Assembly: GCA_002269645.1 (NCBI GenBank)
Contig: NIVC01003165.1
Span: 51,852 to 115,851 of the forward strand
Length of the DNA stretch: 64,000 nucleotides
Direction: 5' to 3'
Source of the DNA: Macrostomum lignano
Lineage: Eukaryota
Numbering within the stretch: the stretch's first letter is position 1; the number at the start of each line of letters is the position of its first letter. This document shows positions 12,634-25,100 of this stretch, piece by piece. Below the pieces are notes generated by a model. The model was not told the DNA's origin. It did not search any database and saw nothing but the letters and a program-made list of their open reading frames with translations. A program made the position numbers and the translations under genes.

Positions 12634-12730
12634 CTCTCTCTGTCTCATCTCATCTCTCTCATCTCTACTTTCTACTCTCTCTTCTCCTCATTTCATCTCT
12701 CTTCTTTCTCCTCCAATTTGCAGCCCTGAG
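11420..12730. repeat. ~1.3-kb polypyrimidine (CT-rich) low-complexity tract including (CT)n
   Basis: Almost only C/T on the plus strand, with pure (CT)n near 12580-12630. Confidence 0.9.
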
Positions 12731-13382
12731 AGGAATTTGTGTATCTCCAGCTCCACTGCACTCCAGCAGTCTAACAACCTATATTGCGTAGCTACTTTCT
12801 TATATCTATCTTCAGTTCATGTGCACTCGTCCTGTTTACTGTTTTTTGCCTCTCTGTCCAGCTATCTCTCTCCCTTGCTGCATTCTGATTGGCTATTTAT
12901 TATCGTCTCTTTCTTTAGTCGCGCACCCACCCCTATTTTTCTATCAGCACACTCCCCACCCCTCTCTTTTAGTTTAATCTCTGATAAATGTAGACCTGCA
13001 CGCTTGGTCCCTGCGTCCCACTTACTAGTTGCTTCTTTAATTTCAATTCTAAGTAAATTTTCTCATTTTCTCTTGAACGAATACTAGATTCTATATAAGC
13101 AATAACTTAACTGACCATTGAATTTTTCAAATATGTGGACTCGTGGACTCGTATTTTTCTTCGTAGTACTGACCACAATTCTAGTAACTTTCTGTTTTGG
13201 ACTGCCATCAAAAGAGCAGGTATTTGCAGTTTCATAACTTTCTGAATGCATGCAATGTCGAAACTGGATCTTTATCCGTAATTTTAAATGGGTTATTCCT
13301 ATTTTAGGCTCAATCTGTCCTGGTAGAAGCCAGTAGAATTTATCCTCCTCCAACTGGCTTTCGTCACTCTACACCACTTTAT

Positions 13383-16300
13383 GTGTTCTTATGTCGGGCA
13401 CTCAAAATTCGAAACCGACTGCGATCGCGGGTATATCTTTGGGGTCTAATGAATAGGTCGCTACATGTACCCCAGTCAACTGAGACGACTGATGCTGCAG
13501 GACGTTCCAACAGTGCATGTAGCCAGAAGAGCAAGAAAAATAAACCGACTGGAAAAGTCCAAGGAAAGAAAGCTCAGAGATCGAAAAATAGACGTGCATA
13601 TAATACAGCTGGCCAAAAACATTCAACGTTAAACGGGAGACGTCAGGCTGATAAAACGATTTATGAACCCAGCGACCCTATAGTAGAAAACGACGATGGA
13701 CAGAAAAGCGAAGATTTTTGCAACGCAGAGAATAGAGAAGAGAGAACAACGCGTGTACAAGTAGATTTGAATGCTACAAGCTCATCACAATCGACGTCAA
13801 ACGAACAACCACCAGAAGTTGAGGAAAGTTCTGATGAAACTGGGGAGAATCGGATCGAACTATCGGAGAGTGATATCTGCAAAATTAACCTATCGGTGGA
13901 AGATAGTCAATCTGGACCAAAGTATACGTTTTCAAAAAGTTTTCTTAATGAAGCAGTTTGCCGTGCTATGCGACAAGTCGCTACGTGCTGTTTGAGGATG
14001 ACGGGCTATAATCACATTCGAAAGCAGAATTCAAGAAAAAGTAAGCAGAATTTTTGGACAATTAGAGCGGAATGCAAAATTGAAGGATGCAGAAGAAATT
14101 ACGCTTTAATAATGAGAAGACCACCACGTGTTGACGGAACAACATGGTCTTGGGAGGTTATTATCACGGGAAGGTTAAACCATCAAGATGCTACGGCTAG
14201 TTGTTTTCGTAGAACGACCGAATCAGAAAAACGTGAAATTTACGACGATATAAAAGAGGCCGGTGCCGTTGAAGCATTCAGAAGACGCTTTCTTGCGATC
14301 GAAAATTTACCATTCATTCTGTCGTGCAACTTTGATGCGTGCAAAACCAAAACTGTGATGTATAATTTAAAAAGTAAAATGGAGAAAGACGAGAGGTTAC
14401 ACTCTGTTCTTTTTGTTGAGCTTGGAGGTCTACAAGACATTTTTAAACTTCGATATCCGCATCCGATTTTTCCTGGAGTCATAATGGAGCGTAGTTTAGA
14501 TCCACTACGTGTTGTATTATTGTCCAACCTTGAAATACAGCTTCTTAGAGCAATTATGTCAGCTCGTACTCCAACAGTGCTGCATATCGACGCTACTGGC
14601 TCGTTAATAGAAAAAAACTGTTCACCTCATCCTGTTCTACTCTATTCTGTCATCACAACTGCTACTGATTCTGTTCCATCGTCGCCAGTTGGGAATATGA
14701 TTACAGACTCCCATAACGTTGCATCCATTTCTCACTTTCTAAAACTCCTCCGCCATAGAATTCTGCACTGTGTAAACTCACCTTTTTCTGTTGACCTAAA
14801 TATTCTTTTTATTTCCGACTTTTCATGGGCGCAAATTCATTCATGCTTAGACTTCCACCACACGGACGTGACAACGTACATCCAAATGCATTACAATTAC
14901 TTTATTACGGACACCCCTAGCGAGATTCAATATGGCGTTTTTCTGTGTAGCAATCATATTATAAAGTCAATTTCGGACCACTGCAAAAAACACTCCTTGA
15001 ACCAGCGAAGCCGTCAGCTATTTTTGAAGTTATTTTCTTTAATTCAGTATTCCAGTACGCAAAAACTATCCGTCAACTTCATCATGGACACGCTTATTAT
15101 ATTTGGATCTCCGTATGCCGAGCAAACCGTTGCTGCTAGAACTAGGGTAGCAAATTTTCTGAGAGATGGCCATGTTCCAGAGTATTCCGAATCAATCAAC
15201 AAAGACTCATTTATACTTCAAGACAAGGATCATGCAAGTATGAACGCGGAAGGTGACGCGATACTGAAAAATTCTCCATACTACGAATACTTTAAAAAGG
15301 AATTTACCACAATTCAAAATACTCTCGCGCATAAAACCGGTCATTCGCATCTGACAGATAATGAATTCTACAACCCTCGATTGATAAACTTTTTCTTGCT
15401 TAGATACCTGTCCATCCTCCCTCTATGGGCTATATTTACATGGAATCATTTGATTGCTAAAAATTCAAAGTCTTTTTACTCAAATGCTCATGTGGAGAGT
15501 TGGTTTTCTTCTGTGAAAAGTCGATTTAACACCAAGTCCAGGCTGAGTACCTTCGTAGAGAATTATGTACCCTTTGTACTTCGTAGAGTTTCAGAGTGCA
15601 CCATCTCGAGCAAAGTACCTGCTCCAAGTTTTTGCAGAAAAAGGAAGTCATCAATCTCAGAAGAAGCTGCAACTGAAGGTTGGCAAAAAAGGTCGAGAAA
15701 TAGCAAGCGTTCAAGATACTCAGATACTAGTAGCAATCAGTATTTTGCTAATGTCGCCGATCCTGACGAAACGGAAAAGAGTAGCAGTCAGTCCCAACAG
15801 AGCAACCCAAAATCAAAACTTCCGGGATGCACAGCTGGTAGGAACAGACCCAATAAAAATTCCAGTCAAAATGGAACCGCAGATAACAGTAGAAGCAGGT
15901 GGCAAAGCAAGAGGAGCACGCGGCAGAAAGGAAGAACGGTGCAAAGCGATAATAGCCAGATTCTCTTCACCCTTCCTGGCTCTGGAACGGATATTCCCGT
16001 AACGCAAGAGCATCGTCAAAGTTTGTTGGGAAGCAACCTGTTAGACTACACGGTAAGTATTTTCATAAATACTTACTTACTTACAATAAATACTTAAGTA
16101 AGTATACGTAAATACTTACAATAGAAAATTCAGTTGACTTATGACCTATTTTCACCATTATCTTTTCCTGTCCCTCTTGCATTACTCGCGATAGATTTTA
16201 TTGGCCTATTGCACTGCTATCACATCGAACAACGCCCAAAGGATTGTAATAAGTGAGGGCGACTTTTACTACATATTGAATCTATCAGGAGATGAGTTCA

Positions 16301-17348
16301 ACGATGGAGTCCAGAACTTGCTGAGAAGAACTCTCGGATGGAAGGCAAGTTCTGTTAATGAAACAATAATGTCGTTTTTGATGCAAAATAAATTTGTACA
16401 CTTGTAGTGAATTCTCAATGAAAATCTTACGCATGCACCAATTTGAGGTATAAAATTATTTGCTCTCTTGATGTTGCAGGGCCTGAATCAAATAATCGTG
16501 CCTATTTTAAACAGCGGGCATTTTTACTTGATCGTTATTTGCGGCGTTGAACGAAAGGTCTTTGTGCTGGATTCGATTCGGCGTAATGCGCAAGAGAAGC
16601 AAGAGTTTCATGTTCTAATTCGCAAATGGAAGTGAGTACAATAGTTTGTGTACATGTCCAGAGAATAAATAAAAGTGAACTTAAGTACTGATGTGGCAAA
16701 TCTGTAAAATTTCTGTTAACTTTCTAGCCGCATATTGGCTTCCGATGGAATAATGGCATTTGTTGACCAAAGCGCTCCGGTATTCACCAGCAGCACATCG
16801 AAGCCATATGAGCTGGCCACAATGTCGAGAACAATGCAATCTGATGGTCATAGTTGCGGAGTGTTTGTATGCCTGTACGCTAGGGCATTAGCTCTTGGTT
16901 CTGGTCTCCGGTTCAAGAACAATCCGACGGCTCTCGGAAGATACAGACAGTATATCTGGAATGTGATCCAGGCCTACAGCTATGGAGGAACGCAGGAAGA
17001 GTGCTCAGCCTGTAGCAACACAGAACCTGACGCTTCGGGCGTTAGTCGTCGCATAAATTGGGTAAAATACGAGTAATTTTCCTTTTTTTATTTTTTTAAC
17101 TACGAATTTCACTTTTGCCAAGCAGATTGCTTAAAGCAGTCATACAGATTGAACTCCAGCTTAAGATGCAGTCGATCGAATATGCAGTCGAGTTGTGCTT
17201 ACAGCATAATGCGGTTAATTTTCGCTCACCCCTTCATTTCTAGATTGAATGTCCCTCCTGTCTTCGTTGGTATCACACAGAATGCGTCGAAGGGTCGACC
17301 GATCCAGGTTTTTGTTGCGCAACGTGCAAAGACATGTTTTCGCATTAG
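13383..17348 (+). CDS. MULE/NOF-like DDE transposase fused to a Ulp1 (C48) protease and a PHD finger; predicted exons 13383-16052, 16195-16344, 16480-16631, 16728-17061, 17244-17348
   Basis: Transposase motifs LHIDATG, ISDFSWA, LCSNH (CxxH) and NAHVESWF..VK. Protease motifs 'PILNSGHF.L...LDS' and 'QSDGHSCGVFVC'. PHD 'CSAC...W|IECPSCLRWYHTEC...FCCATC'. All exon phases are compatible when checked by hand, with one GC-AG intron at 16345. The start codon is uncertain. Confidence 0.85.
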
Positions 17349-18729
17349 TTACTTGATTTTTACACAACTGTACATGTACGTGAATGTCGCCATTACTCGT
17401 AAATGGATCTCTCCAGTTCCTTATTTTTGGAGCAAGAGGTTCTCTAGATCTGGTTCTGAGTGCACCTGTGGCAGTCGCGACGGCCAATCTTCCATGTACA
17501 GAAGGGTCGTGAGGCTGCTGCTTTTTGCTGCTAATTTTCTGACTAGAAAAATATGTATGGCCGCCCTCCCATCCCGTTGTTTTTGTTTGTTCGCCCGCTT
17601 TTTTCATCCCCCTATGCAGATGTTCGATTACGAGCCATGGAATGCAATATAATCAATTTATGCTAAGGACCACTCGAATTGGGGATCGACCGACATGGAC
17701 ATGAACAGGCGAACAACCATTCCCACTCGAACAAAACAGGGGGCTCTAACCGCGGCCCATGCAGGTGTTCGATATTCTTTCAGAGAGTGGAGCAGCGCTC
17801 ATTTAAATAGTTCAGTTTGCAACTTTCATGGGACTTCTCAGGGTTTTCAATCGGGCCTCTTCTACACTAAAAGTAGGACCTCTCGCCACAGTGGATCTTT
17901 GTGGCTCCGATTTAATCGAGAGCTTGACAACAGCGTGATGACTACTAAGAGTAATATTATTAGGGAACACATGCTCGATCTAATGGTTGGTATAGAGCGA
18001 TTATGAGCCGAACTGTTCAGTACATTTTGTATGTAAATCTATTTAAGTATTCATCTTTGTTGTAATTTAAATTCCTGTTATAACCTTTTTATTGGTTACA
18101 TGCATTTCATCAAAACTGTCCACGCTTTTATTGATGTTATTAGAAGTACCACGCGTGCATATACATAAATGCACATGTACGTAACATGTAATACTAAATA
18201 CATCAAAAGTTCTCAGCGACTGTCACTTTGAAAATTTCGAAACAAGTTTGTATTTTTAACCCAAGCTGCATATCCCAACGGTTGCATAGAGTGGTGTAGA
18301 AATTAGGCCAAATGTTGCGTTATTTTTGTGCTAGGCTTGCGTGCCAAGCCAAGAGGAGTCTACAATTGGCACCTGCGCTTCACAGGGCTGGCTTATACAT
18401 GTACATGCAATATTTGGCTCGCGTTAGTAATTCAGACTTATGACTTATTACGCAGCTACGATCAGAGACTGAATTGGTATAGGGTTAACAACAGAAATGT
18501 TTGTGGACAATAGCTATTTGCATTAATAGCAATGAAAATTACATTCTGCTAATTGAATTTTACATTTGCAACGTGAGTGGAATACTCACCAAAACAGTGC
18601 CGACATAATTCGCAGTCACGCATGCATGAGCTGGGTACATGTAACATGTATAATATACGGGCCTATATGCAGGTATTGCACTTCGCGTTGCATCGCGCTT
18701 ACGAGCTAGCAAGCTATATGTGCATCATA

Positions 18730-19490
18730 TAAATATACGATATACGAGCACCTTAAAAAAACTCTTGCCATTCCGCTTTGCGTGGTCTGATGGACTTGAA
18801 GTTTCACAAAGATGTTTGTTTTGTGTGTAATAATTTTTCTGTAAATTTTCATGCAAATCCGAGCTGTACAAGTATTGCAAATGAGCATACATGTTATACA
18901 CTGTGCGCATATACAATGCATTATAAATACGAGCACCTTTAAAACTTTTGCCATTCCGCTTTGCGTGGTCTGATGGACTTGAAGTTTCACAAAGATGTTT
19001 GTTTTGTGTGTAATAATTTTTCTGTAAATTTTCATGCAAATCCGAGCTGTACAAGTATTGCAAATGAGCATACATGTTATACACTGTGCGCATATACAAT
19101 GCATTATAAATACGAGCACCTTTAAAACTCTTGCCATTCCGCTTTGCGTGGTCTGATGGACTTGAAGTTTCACAGAGGTGTTTGTTTTGTGTGTAATAAT
19201 TTTTCTGTAAATTTTCATGCAAATCCGAGCTGTACAAGTATTGCAAATGAGCATACATGTTATACACTGTGCGCATATACAATGCATTATAAATACGAGC
19301 ACCTTTAAAACTCTTGCCATTCCGCTTTGCGTGGTCTGATGGACTTGAAGTTTCACAGAGGTGTTTGTTTTGTGTGTAATAATTTTTCTGTAAATTTTCA
19401 AGCAAATCCGAGCTGTACAAGTAGGTTTATTTTGTTGCATTTGTTAGAAATTGAATATCAATACGAATATCTATGGGGAAACAGATACGT
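18730..19490 (-). repeat. Right TIR: ~3.8 copies of the 183-bp unit plus the unique end, inverted
   Basis: Reverse complement of 10266-11212. ORFs 18706..19440 and 18725..19420 give the same peptides. Confidence 0.95.
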
Positions 19491-20809
19491 ACTTAACAGC
19501 GTGCTTTCTCTATAATAATCCTAATGATGCCACCAGCTGTTGTAGGGCTACTTCAAATTCCTACCCTGTAAATTTCCTAAAGCTGCCACCAAAGTTGTAA
19601 CAGTGCTGATTGCTCTCTATCTAATTTATGTTGTTGACACCAAAGTTGTTCTAATAGTCCCTATAATTCTTGTACTCTTACATATTTGTACTTCTAGTAG
19701 CATATATATTTATCAACTGGTAGCGCACGTATTAATCTACTGGTAGGTGGAAGGTAGCATATATACATGTACTGACACTGTACTGAGTTCTGACCTAAGT
19801 GGTCTTATGGCACTGTCTTACTGTCTAGTGTCTATCGGCTCTATCCTATCCTTATACTCTAAAAGTTTTTATTCTCTTAGTCCTAGATGTTCCGAGGATC
19901 AGAGGGTCATAGCTTACTTGCTGGGTATTCTCCCTTAAGGTGGGTTTCTTAGACTGTGAGTCTGGACTATTCTATCCTGTGGACCTGTGGTAGGATTTTT
20001 GCCTTCTAAAAGCAATTTCTTAGATTCTAAATCTGGATGTCTCATTCTCTAAGAATAGATTGAATTCTTTCAATCTTGGGGCTATTCTTAACTTAGAAAT
20101 AGCCCCAAATCCTAAGGAATCCTAAGTCATTATTTACCACTCAAAATAAGTAACACAAGAACAAATACAAGCCCTAAGGCTGATTGACTTACTTCTCCAA
20201 ATATAATAACTAGAGAGATACTTTGCAAATTGCAATTATAAGAATAGTTATTGTTCAATCAAACATGAAAACAATTTATTTGACTATGGCCCCTATTTAT
20301 AGTAAAATTTTCTTTGCTATTTAAAACAAAATGATGATATATAAAATATATAGAATATACAAAATATTTCTAATATTTGTACACTATAACAAAAACATGT
20401 AATTTTAAAAGATGATATTTATAAGAAATAGTTTTACTAATAAATGAAGCATATTTCAAAATATTGATACTATGTCTATAATATAGGCCTTAGGCCTAAT
20501 TCTTATATATATAGTTTTAAAATTCTTTAAAATATTTTTCTTAATAATTAAGATAGTGTCTTTTGAAATAAAATAAAATAAATAATTTACTTTCTAATAA
20601 AATTTAGTTTTCTCTCTACTGACTTATTAGAGGTTGCCTTTTTTGTTTATCAATCAAAAGTCTAATAATGATGAAAAAAAATTTTTTACAAGCCCTATTC
20701 AGGAAGATGTCTTTTGTATACCAAATTGAATTTTCTTTAAACCCTCTATATTTAATGTACAATAGGTTAGTTTTAGCTAAGATGAAGTATACTTCTGGTG
20801 ATTGGTAGT

Positions 20810-22135
20810 CTGGGTGATTGGTAAAAATCTGGACATGGTTAGTTTTTGCCATAGACAAAATTTAACGAGGCAAATTTATTGAGCTGATGCTTTTGAGCAA
20901 TACTGGGGGTCTTCCTCACAACTTAAGTTGTTTTTTTCACTTGTTTGCCCCGTCACGTCTGAGATGCAGTCTCTAAATGAAGAGCAGCAGCGTAAACTGG
21001 TTGTACAATATAAAATTGAGCACCCTGGGCTGAGCAACAATGCAATCGCAAAATATTTTGCTGAGCTTGGTGTCCCAAGATCAACCATTTATGGAATTCT
21101 GGATTGCTACTCAGCAACTGGAAAAGATTCTGTGCTACGGAAGGAGGGGTCAGGACGACCAGCTACCAAGGTCACTGCCACTTTGATGGAGAAGATGTCA
21201 AATGATGCCAGGACGGGTCTGTCCCAACGCGAAATTGCACGCAAATATGACATCAGCCAGCCGTACGTCAACGAGATTCTCAAGAAGCAGGGACTAAGTG
21301 CATACAAGAAAGAAAAAGTGTCATTTGTGTCGTTTGAGTAGAAAGAGCGCCAGCGTGTGAGGATTGACAGGCTCTACCGTGCTGTGCTGGCAGGAGATGA
21401 CGGCGGACTGGACATTGTCATGGACGATGAATCGTACTTCTCTCTGTCATCCAATGTCATCCCTGGTAACAGGTTCTATTATGCAACAGCTCGAGGTGAT
21501 GCACCTGATGAGGTTAGGTGTTCACCCAGCAAGAAATTTGAGGCCAAAGTCTTGGTCTGGCTGGCCATCAGCAAGAAGGGCATGTCCAAGGTCTTCTTCT
21601 GCCACGGCAGCTCAATGAACAAATAGATCTACATAAGAGAGTGCATTCACAAGCGTCTATTGCCATTTATTAAGGAACAGCATGCTGACGGCAACTACCT
21701 GTTCTGGCCTGACCTGGCGAGCTGTCACTATGCTCGTGACGTCATTGACACATTTGAAGAGGAAGGTGTCAATTTTGTCAGCAAGGAGCTCAATCCTCCC
21801 AATGTACCACAGCTGCGACCAATTGAGAACTTCTGGGGGATGTTGAAGCAAAAGGTTTACCATCACAATTGGACGACGGACAGTCTGGAACAGCTGGAAA
21901 ATCGCATTCGCTACTGCCTCCGCCAGGTGGATCTGCACTGTGTACAGGAGATGATGACCAATGTCAAGTCCGGGATTCGCCGAGCTCGGGCTAATGGTGT
22001 CGGAGCCGTTTGGCAATGAGCCAGACAATCCCTTATATATTGAACTTAATCCAAGTTAAAAGACATGTGTTCAATTTGTTTATTGTTGTCTTGCTAAAAC
22101 AAATAAAAATGTCCAGATTTTTACCAATCACCCAG
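20810..22135 (+). mobile_element. Tc1/mariner-superfamily DD37E element (ITmD37E/TRT-like)
   Basis: 27-bp TIR CTGGGTGATTGGTAAAAATCTGGACAT at 20810, inverted at 22109-22135 and followed by TA. The left TA is not clean, and a partial TIR duplicate sits at ~20795. Confidence 0.88.
20964..22019 (+). pseudogene. DD37E transposase with two in-frame TAG stops (21339-41, 21624-26)
   Basis: ORFs 20928..21341, 21357..21626 and 21660..22019 share one frame. Motifs GSGRP, MDDESYF (D), FWPDLASCH (D) and PPNVPQLRPIE (E), with 37 residues between the second D and the E. Confidence 0.9.
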
Positions 22136-22139
22136 TAGT

Positions 22140-25100
22140 TGTCTTGCCTGTTGTCTAGAGGCCTTCTATAGGAGCGCTGCCACCAATGAAGTGTTGTTAT
22201 ATATATTTCTCAATAGCGTCTAAAGGTGGCCTGGCAGATCTTCTGGCTCCTGGTTGGTGACCTCCAGTTGGCGGTTTCTTAGAAAATAGTTCTCGTAGTG
22301 TAACTAGTGCTGCCACCAGCTTTGCAGAGTTGCAGCTTTTGGTGAGGTATTGAGCTCGTAGAAGCAAAAAACTAAGACGAGAAAAAGAGACTCGCACTTC
22401 GTGCAGATTTAGCAGTTCTTGCGCAGAGGTGCCCACCATCAGCAGTCCCTGCCAGGCTAGTGCGTGGTGAGAGCAAAAGTGCTAGCTACGGGCGATCTGA
22501 GCTGGCCTGCTAATTGATAGCAAGAACAATCAGAGGCAATCACACGCAAAGACGGGAGTCTTGGAATTTAAACTTTAGCGCACACGCTGAGCAAAACGGT
22601 GGAACGGAGAAATGGATACAGAAAAACGCGGAAACGCAGAAACGGAAGGCTTGTCTGAGCCAAGCCATGAGAGGGGATGCATTTATAGGGAGGATCGATT
22701 GCACCATAGCACAAAAGGCCCCCACTAAGAGTCACAAGTGACTCTGTTGCTATTTTTAGCAACAAACAAGCGGGCCCTGCCTCAGAGGAGGCAAGGGGGG
22801 GTCCGGGCGCACGTGATCTCCCCATAAACACAAGCCCAGCGCACAATGATGAAATCATTGCACTTTGGACTAAAGAAGGAAGAAGGCCTTGTCATGTGAC
22901 TGACTCACATGACAAGGGGAAAAGGCCTACAAGTGAAGGCACTCGTGACCATGGGACTGGAAAACGGAATGGCACTCCAAATTTAGAGATGCCAAACAGA
23001 GAACGAAACAGAGGCAGGCCAGACCAAGCTGTCTTGGCACTGCAAAAAGGGAAAATGAGACAAAAGGAGGCAAACGAGGACAAACAAACAGACAGGCAAA
23101 CGGGCAGAGGACAAGCCAGAGGACAGGCGAGGGGGGACAGGCAACTGCCCAGTGGCAGACAGAAGCCTAGGGCAAGGGCAACAGCTGACTAGTGTGGCGT
23201 CTAACTAAACTAGCAACTCACTACACTCTCCCCGTTTAAATAAAGAGGCGGAGTGAAGTGGCGCGCGCTTTATTTAAAATCAAATGCAGGTTTAATGCAA
23301 ATGTCAAATAAAAAGGAACGGAAGTTGAGGCCTAACATAAAATGTTGTTACGTAGTTGCTTGGCTGAGCAGGCCACAGAGTTCTCGCCCGATACCGCAGG
23401 GGCACCGGCCTGCTATCAGAAAGGCGCCTAAGTACCGGTGTGGGCGCCAATCCACTAAACAAAGGCGCTCTTCATTCCTGAGCTAGCTCCACACCTAGAG
23501 TGAGCAGCTGGTGGCTCAAAGGCCGCGACCTGAATAAAATAACTACCGGCCTACAACACCTTTATAGGGGCAACCCCCAAAAAGGGGCTGAGCTGGGCAA
23601 TTCCATGCAAACCTAGATGCTGGAGAACACCAACATTGCGGCATCAACAAACAACAAAAAGGGGAACTGCGGGCACTGGTCCCTAGGATAAATAGTGGGC
23701 CGGCTAAGGCAGAGTCGAGAGCAAGCATGTCTCCCTTACCGTTTACAGATAGTCCAGTGGAGGGCAAGCCAGGACCGCAGGCAGCTCTGCCTCGCTGCCA
23801 CCAAGGTGTCGCATCACGACCAGCGCGGCATGGTGCGCGGCGTATGGCCGCAGCGGCGGCTGCAGATCAGAGCCACTCAGGCGAACAGCCTCTTCCATAA
23901 TTGTCATGCGCTCAATGATGGTAGTCTGGCGCAGGCTGTTCCAGATAGGGCCCGCGAGCACAGCGGGCACGTGTCCATGGCGGGCCGCGCTGCCTAACAG
24001 ATTACTCGCCAGGCAAGAGGCGGCGGTCAGCAGCGCCGCTCGTCTGTCATCACTCATCATCCGGTAGCTCGCTGGTCTGGGTGCCGACATGGACCAGTAG
24101 TGGCGGGTCCGCCGGCGTGGGCGGCGGGGCGCGGGGCAGCTCGCGGCCCAACGCTTCCCGAAGGTCGTCCCACGGGTCGTTCGGCGGGTCTGGATCTCCG
24201 TGGCCGCTACTTGGCAGCGGAACGCCGTCAGCGATCGACATCGGCGACTCCGCCTGCGCATAATGGATCCCTGGCGGCGGCGCGTTCCGCGGCCCGGTAC
24301 TCGTGGCCTCGCCAGGATCATGTTGGCGGGCTGCACCCAGGGCTTCTGGTCCCGCTCCTGAAAAAGAATCAGCAATGTGGCGGCGGACCGCTTGGAGGCC
24401 TCGGCTGACCTCCTGCTCCAGTTGGACGTAGGCAAAAGCCGCGGCCAACCGCTGGGCCATGAGTCGGCGAACACTGCTGATCTCCGGCGGGGAATCAGCC
24501 GTTAGATCGATCACTTCAGAGCTTCAGCCCTGACAGTGTCCTGTGATCTGCGGCTTGGCCGGCTCCGCCGCGGCTCCGGCGACGGGGAGTCGCTTCGCCG
24601 GCCGTGCTCCCGTCCGCGTCGAGGCGGGCGCTCGGGATGCTCGCGGCCCTACACTTGGGCCAATTGGCGAGTGGCGAGAGGCCGGCGCGGAATGCCCATG
24701 ACCTCCGGGGAGGACGGGGTGCCCGGCCTTCGGCGGCTCCGACTGGGCCGGCCCTGGTCACTCTCGGATGACGAGCTTGGAGTCGGCTGGTGCTGTCGCT
24801 TGTGCATATCTGCGCTGCAAGGTTTTAATTTGTGCACACGCATGCGGGCAGTGCGACTAACGTACGTTTTGGCCCTAGGATCGCTAATCAGAAGCCTCTC
24901 CGGCGGCCTCCGATCCCTAACTGGCCTACCTACCACTACTGGTATGGGAGACGCTTCCACCTGAGTGGTGCAAGAAGGTGGCGCAGGAGACTGCACCGCA
25001 GAAAAAGGTTCGGGAAGGGGGGACGCATAGACAGGTGAAAAAGAAGCAGCAGGTGCAGACGCATTCAAACCAGGCACACCATCATGGCGATCACCATACG

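Larger units (their letters stand above)
10266..19490 (+). mobile_element. Full-length Mutator/Foldback (NOF-like MULE) DNA transposon, 9,225 bp
   Basis: Termini ACGTATCTGTTTCCCCATAG are inverted at both ends. Perfect 9-bp TSD ACTTAACAG (10257-10265 and 19491-19499). Long TIRs contain 183-bp repeats, and a DDE transposase gene lies inside. Confidence 0.93.

Noticed and set aside
11377-12729. Ser/Leu-rich hydrophobic ORFs
   Set aside because: They are artefacts of CT low complexity.
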